DNA of 64,000 nucleotides from assembly GCA_963768055.1 (NCBI GenBank), contig CAVYGN010000002.1, positions 834,268 to 898,267 of the forward strand, in the 5' to 3' direction. Positions 57,679 through 64,000 of the stretch are shown here, one piece after another. Below the pieces are notes generated by a model. The model searched no databases, was not told the DNA's origin, and saw only the letters and a list, made by a program, of their open reading frames with translations. The DNA is from an uncultured Spirochaetota bacterium (GTDB lineage: Bacteria > Spirochaetota > Brevinematia > Brevinematales > JAOACQ01). Both the position numbers and the translations under genes were made by a program. Every line of letters begins with the position of its first letter. The first letter of the stretch is position 1.

Positions 57679-59436
57679 ATGGATAAGGTAAAAGTAAATA
57701 TAAAAATAAACGGTATTCCGTTTAAAGTAAATAACGACAGGACAATTCTTGAAGCTGCCAAACTTGTCCAGGTTAATATTCCCAAACTCTGCAACCATCC
57801 CGATCTTCCTCCAAGCGCGGCATGCGGTCTTTGTATTGTGAAGATAAAGGGTTCTCCCAGGATGATCAGGTCCTGTACTACTTACGTCGAAGAAGGCATG
57901 GAGATTACAACCCATGACTCCGAAATTTTTGAAATCAGGAGAACAGTGCTGGAACTAATACTTTCAAACCACCCCAATGACTGCCTTCAATGCGCAAGGA
58001 ACGGTAATTGCGAGCTTCAACAGCTTGCCGGGGATTTCGGGATCAGGGAAGTCGATTTTATGAGGATGCTCGTGAACCATCCGGTTGACGATTCCACAGG
58101 TTCGATCGTGCTGAATCCCGAAAAATGCATAAAATGCGGCAGGTGCGTGGAAGTATGCCAGATAATGCAGAATGTTTGGGCGATAGAATTTATCGGAAGG
58201 GGCTATAATATGAGGATAGCCCCGGCAGCCGACACGTTTCTGCAGGACAGCTCGTGCATAAAGTGCGGCCAGTGCACGGCGCATTGCCCTGTCGGGGCTT
58301 TATATGAAAAAAGCGATAATGTCAGGGTCTGGGACGGCCTTAAGAATGAAGATTTCCATAAAATAGTCCAGATCGCGCCCGCAACCCGGGTCGCTTTGGG
58401 TGAGGCTTTCGGGCTTGAACCGGGCATGGTCACGACCGGAAAAATGTATACTATTTTGAGGAGGCTTGGATTTGATGCTGTGTTCGATACGAATTTCGGC
58501 GCCGATCTGACTATTATGGAAGAAGCCTCTGAATTGGTAGAGCGTTTAAGTCATAATAAAAAAGAACTACCCCTGATAACAAGCTGCTGCCCGGGATGGG
58601 TGGATTATCTTGAAAAATTTTACCCTGAGATGATCCCCTATTTTTCGACCGCAAAGTCCCCTCACCAAATGGTCGGAGTCCTTTCAAAAACATATTACGC
58701 GGGGAAGATAGGCATCGATCCGGCGAAGATATTTTCTGTTTCCATAATGCCCTGCACTGCAAAAAAGTACGAGATCACAAGAGCGCATGAAATGTTCGCC
58801 AGCGGCTACCAGGATATTGACGCAGTGCTTACGACAAGAGAGCTTTCCCGCATGATAAAGGCTTCGGGAATAGATTTTCTTAATCTTCCCGATTCGGAAG
58901 CCGATTCGATACTCGGCGATTATTCCGGAGCCGGAACGATATTCGGAACAACCGGCGGAGTCATGGAGGCGGCTTTAAGAACAGCTTACCACCTTATTAC
59001 AAAGAAAGAATTAGGCAATGTAGATTTCATTGAAACAAGGGGTCTTAAGGGAATAAAAACCGCGACAGTCGATATCGAGGGCATCCCTGTGAAAATAGCC
59101 GTCGCTCACGGCATAGCCAATGTAGGGGCAATCCTTGAAGAAATAAAAACGGCCAAGAGGGAGAATAGGGATATTCCATACGAATTTATCGAGGTCATGG
59201 CCTGCCGCGGCGGTTGCGTCGGAGGAGGCGGCCAGCCTTATGGGGCAACGGACGAAATAAGAAAGAAAAGGGCGGCGGGCCTTTACAATGAAGACCGGGA
59301 TAAAAAAAGGAGATGTTCCTATCAGAACCCGTACATCAAGCAATTATACGAGGAATTTCTGGGGACCCCTCTGTCGGAAAAGGCAAAAAAAATGCTTCAC
59401 ACTACCTATCATGAAAGGCCTTTATACAATAAATAA
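57679..59436 (+). CDS. hndD: [FeFe]-hydrogenase catalytic subunit (HndD/HydA), with N-terminal 2Fe-2S and 4Fe-4S ferredoxin domains
   Basis: H-cluster motifs L1 TSCCPGW, L2 MPCTAKKYE, L3 EVMACRGGCVGGGGQP. Start at the MDKVKV Met with AGGAGAAA SD. Confidence 0.9.
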   Translation: MDKVKVNIKINGIPFKVNNDRTILEAAKLVQVNIPKLCNHPDLPPSAACGLCIVKIKGSPRMIRSCTTYVEEGMEITTHDSEIFEIRRTVLELILSNHPNDCLQCARNGNCELQQLAGDFGIREVDFMRMLVNHPVDDSTGSIVLNPEKCIKCGRCVEVCQIMQNVWAIEFIGRGYNMRIAPAADTFLQDSSCIKCGQCTAHCPVGALYEKSDNVRVWDGLKNEDFHKIVQIAPATRVALGEAFGLEPGMVTTGKMYTILRRLGFDAVFDTNFGADLTIMEEASELVERLSHNKKELPLITSCCPGWVDYLEKFYPEMIPYFSTAKSPHQMVGVLSKTYYAGKIGIDPAKIFSVSIMPCTAKKYEITRAHEMFASGYQDIDAVLTTRELSRMIKASGIDFLNLPDSEADSILGDYSGAGTIFGTTGGVMEAALRTAYHLITKKELGNVDFIETRGLKGIKTATVDIEGIPVKIAVAHGIANVGAILEEIKTAKRENRDIPYEFIEVMACRGGCVGGGGQPYGATDEIRKKRAAGLYNEDRDKKRRCSYQNPYIKQLYEEFLGTPLSEKAKKMLHTTYHERPLYNK

Positions 59437-59447
59437 AATTTCCTTAA

Positions 59448-60017
59448 TTACCATCTCTCATTCTGGTAAATCAGGGAAAGAAATTCACTTCTTGTGGTAT
59501 GACTTGATCTGAAAGCGCCCAGAACCGAGGAGGTGATCATGTTCGAGTTCTGTTTTTCAACACCTCTCATCATCATGCAGAGGTGCTTGGCCTCTATCAC
59601 AACCCCTACGCCGTCGGTTTCAATGGAATCATGAATTGCATTGGCTATCTGGTCTGTCAACCTTTCCTGGATCTGCAGCCGCCTTGCGAAGATATCTACG
59701 ATCCTTGCGAGTTTACTTGCCCCGAGAACTTGATCGTGTGCGATATAGCCGATGTGGCAGCGTCCGAAAAATGGAAGCAGGTGGTGTTCGCATAAACTGA
59801 ATATTTCAATATCTCTTATTATTATCATATTATTGGTTTCCTGGCTGAAAATGGCCTCATGCAGAACGTCTTTTACTTTAATGTTATAACCCGATGTCAA
59901 GAATTGAATGGATTCGGCGAAACGCTGCGGTGTCCTTAGAAGGCCCTGTCTCGACGGGTCTTCACCAATTTCAATCAGAAGTTCTTTAACGAGCTTTTCC
60001 ACTTTCCTGGCGTCCAT
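59448..60017 (-). CDS. folE: GTP cyclohydrolase I
   Basis: CEHHLLPF, GxxHxCMxMRGV motifs. 189 aa. Confidence 0.9.
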   Translation of the reverse strand: MDARKVEKLVKELLIEIGEDPSRQGLLRTPQRFAESIQFLTSGYNIKVKDVLHEAIFSQETNNMIIIRDIEIFSLCEHHLLPFFGRCHIGYIAHDQVLGASKLARIVDIFARRLQIQERLTDQIANAIHDSIETDGVGVVIEAKHLCMMMRGVEKQNSNMITSSVLGAFRSSHTTRSEFLSLIYQNERW

Positions 60018-60528
60018 ATATATACTCCTTTCTTAATTTATCAGTGAATTCGGTTAACGGTTTTAATTTAATCTCTTTGAAAGTTTCAACGATTTCCCGG
60101 GCTGTCAACCCCCATTCCGGGAAAAATAGGGAAGTGTCAAGTTCATTCAGAGCGGAGGACAGATAAGGCCTCTTTTTTATATCAGGATCCGGAATATCCA
60201 GCAACCCGTTATGGATAGAAAGACCGCCGTAAAAAAGTATATCGAGGTCTATAGTGCGAGGCGCATATTTATCTATATTCCTCTTGCGGCATAAAGACTT
60301 TTCTATATCTCTCAATATGTTAAATTTAAGGAATTCCGGCGAATGATCCGTTTCAATTTTTACGACCCCGTTGAAATAATCCGGATCGCCAGGCCTTCCG
60401 ATGGCCTCGGTTTCATAAAAGGTCGATATCCCTCTTAAAACGGTCTTACCGGATAAAAGTTTCAATGCGGTTTCAATATTGAAGGCCGGTTCAATGTTTG
60501 AACCCGCGCCGATAAAAGACAGGGTCAA
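59986..60528 (-). CDS. folK: 2-amino-4-hydroxy-6-hydroxymethyldihydropteridine pyrophosphokinase (HPPK)
   Basis: [18 protein letters not shown], hallmark HPPK motifs. Overlaps folE by 32 nt. Confidence 0.85.
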   Translation of the reverse strand: MTLSFIGAGSNIEPAFNIETALKLLSGKTVLRGISTFYETEAIGRPGDPDYFNGVVKIETDHSPEFLKFNILRDIEKSLCRKRNIDKYAPRTIDLDILFYGGLSIHNGLLDIPDPDIKKRPYLSSALNELDTSLFFPEWGLTAREIVETFKEIKLKPLTEFTDKLRKEYIYGRQESGKAR

Positions 60529-60531
60529 TTT

Positions 60532-60885
60532 CTAATCCTTTTCCCTGTAGATTTCCACGCCTACACTCCTTGCGAACCTCAGGGCAGATGGTTTTTCAAC
60601 AAGGACTTTTACGCCTTTTACGCCTCTGAAACCCAGGCATAATCCGGCAATTTTATCGGCCAGGGCTTCGACAAGGAAAAAACTGGAAGATTCAACGGTT
60701 TCAAAGACCCTTTTTTTTATGGCCCTGTAATCGACAGCATCCTCAAAAAGGTCCGTCGAACCTGCTTTTTTCAGATCGGCGGTAAGGGTTATATTGATTA
60801 TAACGTCCTGTTTTTCCCTCCTTTCTTCATCGTTAATGCCTATGATACACCGCGCCAGGAGGTCTTTAATAAAAATGCTGTCCAT
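60532..60885 (-). CDS. folB: Dihydroneopterin aldolase
   Basis: IFIKDLLARCIIGINDEERREKQDVIINITL is the typical FolB N-terminus. 117 aa. Confidence 0.8.
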   Translation of the reverse strand: MDSIFIKDLLARCIIGINDEERREKQDVIINITLTADLKKAGSTDLFEDAVDYRAIKKRVFETVESSSFFLVEALADKIAGLCLGFRGVKGVKVLVEKPSALRFARSVGVEIYREKD

Positions 60886-60895
60886 TCAGAGCTCC

Positions 60896-61630
60896 TCACA
60901 TACTCATTCCGCCGTCCACATAAACTATTTCACCGGTAATGAATTCGTTCCTTACTAAAAAAATAACCGTTTGAGCTATATCCCGGGGGCTGCCATGCCG
61001 CTTCAACGGTATGGTTTCAATAAAATTATCCAGGTAAGCATCGTCTTTTCCGGCGGGGGGCAGTATCAACCCCGGCGCTACCGCGTTGACCCTTATACCC
61101 GGGGCGAATTCCCTGGCCATTATTAAAGTAAAAGATTCAAGGAGTTTTTTACTTAGTATATAGGCTGTATGGAATGAATCAAAGCCCCTTATCCTTGAGT
61201 CAAGGAGGTTGATTATAACGCCCTTACCTGATTTTAAAGCGAAAGACCTGCCCAGGTAAAAAGGTACCCAGGCGTTGACATGAATATTCCTTACAAGATC
61301 CTGCCACTCTATATCTTTCACAGTGCCGGCAGGAAAAATCGAAGCGCTGTTTATAAGAATATCCAGATGGCCGCACACTGCCGCAGCTTTGTCTATAAGG
61401 TTTTCAAATTCCGCAGTTTTATCAAAGTCCGAACGTATCGTCCAGCATTTTACGTTTTCCTTTTCAAGGAGGCTGGCGAGATTTTCGGCCTCAATCGGCG
61501 AATCCTTATAATGGATAATGATATTTACTCCTTTAGATGCGAGCGCCAGCGCGATCTCTTTCCCTATCCTCTTCGCGCCGCCTGTAACAAGGGCGTTTTT
61601 CCCCTTCAGCAAATCGGTATGCATCTTCAC
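60896..61630 (-). CDS. Short-chain dehydrogenase/reductase, pteridine reductase (FolM/PTR1)-like
   Basis: TGGAKRIG cofactor motif, YxxxK (YILSKK) catalytic tetrad region. Embedded between PCD and folB. Confidence 0.65.
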   Translation of the reverse strand: MKMHTDLLKGKNALVTGGAKRIGKEIALALASKGVNIIIHYKDSPIEAENLASLLEKENVKCWTIRSDFDKTAEFENLIDKAAAVCGHLDILINSASIFPAGTVKDIEWQDLVRNIHVNAWVPFYLGRSFALKSGKGVIINLLDSRIRGFDSFHTAYILSKKLLESFTLIMAREFAPGIRVNAVAPGLILPPAGKDDAYLDNFIETIPLKRHGSPRDIAQTVIFLVRNEFITGEIVYVDGGMSM

Positions 61631-61648
61631 TCCTACAGAGCATTTGCG

Positions 61649-61963
61649 TCAAAGCAGGTTTATTTTTGCAGCCAGTATAAAGTCGTTCATTGACAATCCG
61701 CCGATCTTGTGAGTTACAAGGTCAATCCTTACTTTATTGTAATAAATTGAAATATCGGGATGATGATCTTCATTAATAGCTAAATCGGCAACACAATTTA
61801 CAAACTGTATTGCCCGGTCAAAGTCTCTCAGTTCGAATTGGCGTGAAAGGACGCCGTTCTTTAATTCCCACCCTTCTATTTCTTTCAATAACTTTTCCGC
61901 TTCCGCTGTGGAAAGGGGAGGGGTTTCTTTATCAAGTCTTGTACATTTTAAATCGCTCAGCAT
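61649..61963 (-). CDS. Pterin-4a-carbinolamine dehydratase (PCD/DCoH)
   Basis: EDHHPDISIYYNKVRIDLVTH is the canonical PCD active-site motif. Confidence 0.85.
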   Translation of the reverse strand: MLSDLKCTRLDKETPPLSTAEAEKLLKEIEGWELKNGVLSRQFELRDFDRAIQFVNCVADLAINEDHHPDISIYYNKVRIDLVTHKIGGLSMNDFILAAKINLL

Positions 61964-61972
61964 TATTTTCTC

Positions 61973-63181
61973 CTAAAAAACAATAGCGTTCTTAAGCTCT
62001 CCCTTGTTCAATTTTTCCTGTTTTTTTATAATTTCCCTCGCTTCGTCAATTTTTTCCCATACATTACAGAGCATTACGCCCTTCACCCTGCCTTCTTTTA
62101 AATAATAAGTTATGCCGGTAACGTATTCCTTTTTCCAGAAAGAGGCGGTTTCAAGCCTCGGATCGAGCTCTCCGGCCGCTTCGTATCCGAATTCGAACAG
62201 ATCGGAAAAGAAATATGGCATGTGTTCATAGGGTGTTTTTTCACCGGCCATGTTTTTACCGGCGGTTTTACCCTGCCATATAGAATTGTCCCAATGCTCA
62301 ACCCGGGTCCGTTCTCCCAGCGCCTTTAAAATAAAATTGGTGTTATCGCCGGCTGAATATATATCAGGGTCTTTAGTCTGCAGGAATTCGTTCACAATTA
62401 TTCCATTATTAACTTCGAGGCCGGCTTTTTCAGCGAGGATGGAATTCGGCATGATGCCTATGCCTGCAATGATGAAATCAGTGTCAATCTCCCTGCCGTT
62501 CTTTGTCCTTGTAAATATTCCTCCCTTCCTTTTCTCGATTGAAGCCGGTAGGTCGCCGTTTAAGATTTTGATGCCGCGTTCAATATAATTTTTTTGTATC
62601 GATCTGCCGAGCCCTTCTGTAAAAACCCTGTATGCAAGATAGTCTTCGGGAAATATCATGGTGACGTCGACTTTATTTTTATTCAGGGCGGCGGCGAGTT
62701 CGGAACCAATAAAGCCGCCTCCTATTATAAGCGCTTTGCATCCCTCGCCGGCGAAACTTCGGATGTTTTTATAATCGTTAAGGGTCCTGAAATAACAAAT
62801 CTCCTCCATCCTGCCGCCTGGAATATCCATCCTTCGCGGAGTTCCCCCTGTTGCCAGAAGCAGTTTTGAAAACCTGATCGAACGGCCGTCATCCAGAACA
62901 ACGGATTTTTCGGCAGGTTTGACTTCCAGGGCTGAATTACCAAGGGATAAGTCCACACCCTTGTCTTTATAAAAAGAGTCATCGTGAAGAAATATTTCTT
63001 CGACTTTCTTTGTGCCGAACCAGAGCTTTTTTGTCAGCGGAGGCCTGTCATAGGGCATATTTTTCTCATCGCCGGCAAGAAGGATTTCACCCTTTGGGTC
63101 TATTTCCCTTATCCCCTCGACTGCCGACACGCCGGCAAGACCGCTGCCGATAATAACATATTTATAACTGTTTTCAGGCAT
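61973..63181 (-). CDS. FAD/NAD(P)-binding pyridine nucleotide-disulfide oxidoreductase family protein (AIF/ferredoxin-reductase-like)
   Basis: YVIIGSGLAG FAD dinucleotide fold. Second Rossmann (LIIGGGFIGSELAA). YSAGD FAD motif. First gene of the pterin operon. Confidence 0.75.
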   Translation of the reverse strand: MPENSYKYVIIGSGLAGVSAVEGIREIDPKGEILLAGDEKNMPYDRPPLTKKLWFGTKKVEEIFLHDDSFYKDKGVDLSLGNSALEVKPAEKSVVLDDGRSIRFSKLLLATGGTPRRMDIPGGRMEEICYFRTLNDYKNIRSFAGEGCKALIIGGGFIGSELAAALNKNKVDVTMIFPEDYLAYRVFTEGLGRSIQKNYIERGIKILNGDLPASIEKRKGGIFTRTKNGREIDTDFIIAGIGIMPNSILAEKAGLEVNNGIIVNEFLQTKDPDIYSAGDNTNFILKALGERTRVEHWDNSIWQGKTAGKNMAGEKTPYEHMPYFFSDLFEFGYEAAGELDPRLETASFWKKEYVTGITYYLKEGRVKGVMLCNVWEKIDEAREIIKKQEKLNKGELKNAIVF

Positions 63182-63315
63182 AAAACCCTCCGTTATCGTC
63201 TCTTTAATAATTTAAGCAATTTGCTAAAAAAAGAAAAGCCTGAAAGGGAAAGAATCGGGAATAACAGCCGGTCTTTTTTGATTTTTAGGACTTTCTTTTA
63301 TAAAATTAATATAAA

Positions 63316-63417
63316 TGTCATTTCGAGGATAACAGCCCCTAAAGGGGCTGTATGACGAGAAATCTTGCCCCGTAGAGGATAAACCCATACAAGATAAACG
63401 CAGCGCTCGAAATGACA
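63316..63417 (+). repeat. Intergenic TIR-flanked structured element, copy B (full, 102 nt)
   Basis: Termini tgtcatttcgag...ctcgaaatgaca are perfect 12-bp inverted repeats. Internal hairpin cagcccc-taaa-ggggctg has a compensatory extra base pair relative to copy A. Confidence 0.6.
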
Positions 63418-63446
63418 GTCGGATCAATTGAGGAGTACAGTATCAA

Positions 63447-63923
63447 ATGAGGAAAATAATCAACCCGTTTACCGGAATATCCGGATACAACTGCTTCGGC
63501 TGTTCGCCTTTTAACGAACATGGGATGAAAATGGAATTCTTCGAGGACGGCGACGAGGTTGCCGCCGTATGGGACCCTAGCGATCATTTCCAGGGATATG
63601 GGAAAATCCTTCATGGAGGAATCCAGGCAACCCTCATGGACGAGCTAGCAAGCTGGTATATATATGTTAAGATGAATACGGCCGGAGTTACAGCCGGTAT
63701 TGACGTAAAATATGTCAAGCCCGTTCGTACCGACAAGGGTCCGATCGAGATCCGTTCGATATTGAAAGAAACCCGGAAAAATATAATGCTTATATCGACC
63801 GAATTGAAAGATAATTCGGGAATTTTATGCGCAAAAGCGGTAGTATCGTATTATACTTACCCTGAAAAGATCGCGAGGGCAAAGTTGCATTATCCCGGAA
63901 GGGATGCATTTTTTGAAAAATAA
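63447..63923 (+). CDS. PaaI/4HBT-type hotdog-fold thioesterase
   Basis: HGG motif (KILHGGIQATLMDELASW) and hotdog-fold length (158 aa). N-terminal CFGC pair. Confidence 0.7.
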   Translation: MRKIINPFTGISGYNCFGCSPFNEHGMKMEFFEDGDEVAAVWDPSDHFQGYGKILHGGIQATLMDELASWYIYVKMNTAGVTAGIDVKYVKPVRTDKGPIEIRSILKETRKNIMLISTELKDNSGILCAKAVVSYYTYPEKIARAKLHYPGRDAFFEK

Positions 63924-63937
63924 TAAGGAGGACTTTT

Positions 63938-64000
63938 ATGCCTGGAAACCCTCTTGAAACTATCACTTCCATTGACCCCGAATTCATGGATTTTATAAAG
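63938..64000 (+). CDS. 5' end of an unidentified gene (MPGNPLETITSIDPEFMDFIK...), truncated by the window
   Basis: GGAGG SD at 63925-63929 followed by an ATG. Only 21 codons visible. Confidence 0.3.
   Translation, partial: MPGNPLETITSIDPEFMDFIK

Noticed and set aside
56955-57794. 279-aa minus-strand ORF antisense to hndC/hndD
   Set aside because: It is antisense to two strongly supported hydrogenase subunit genes. It has no motifs.
59986-60017. The 32-nt folK/folE overlap as evidence of a frameshift or fusion
   Set aside because: Both genes have full-length, motif-complete products. Short overlaps of this size are common in compact operons, and there is no evidence of a fused reading frame.

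Overview
This is a low-GC (about 40%) bacterial chromosomal segment, probably from an anaerobic, flagellated, likely uncultivated lineage. The lifestyle inference rests on an Hnd-type electron-bifurcating [FeFe]-hydrogenase, PEGA/TPR-rich envelope proteins and a flagellar hook module.

Core content, in order:
- thrS (5' truncated by the window), infC, rpmI, rplT.
- An ECF sigma factor with an overlapping FecR/PEGA/PQQ-propeller anti-sigma factor.
- A TetR regulator, a DUF438/hemerythrin protein and D-lactate dehydrogenase.
- tRNA-Leu(UAA) and tRNA-Cys(GCA) on the minus strand.
- The fliK-flgD-flgE-flbD hook module.
- A LemA plus two TPM-domain genes operon.
- An ABC-F ATPase and cysS.
- ccdA and a flotillin-like SPFH protein.
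- A LivJHMGF ABC importer plus a PaaK-like CoA ligase.
- A polysaccharide module: GH26, a processive GT2 synthase, a GH with CBM and a PEGA/YVTN propeller, followed by an M14 carboxypeptidase.
- A TolC-MacA-MacB efflux system.
- A LuxC/LuxE-type acyl reductase pair.
- hndABCD [FeFe]-hydrogenase.
- A pterin operon: folE, folK, folB, a PTR1-like SDR, PCD and an FAD oxidoreductase.

The most accessory-looking stretch is about 8.8-16.6 kb. It holds a decayed isochorismatase gene, a 1090-aa Zn-ribbon/class-III cyclase/AAA_16 (STAND-like)/TPR protein, a BtrH_N/DUF4872 papain-like protein, a GerE/LuxR-type regulator and a large RCC1-repeat protein whose ORF runs into tRNA-Leu.

A family of about 100-nt intergenic elements with the terminal inverted repeat tgtcatttcgag and conserved internal hairpins occurs at least four times: two full copies and two partial ones.

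No CRISPR array, integrase or transposase was seen.
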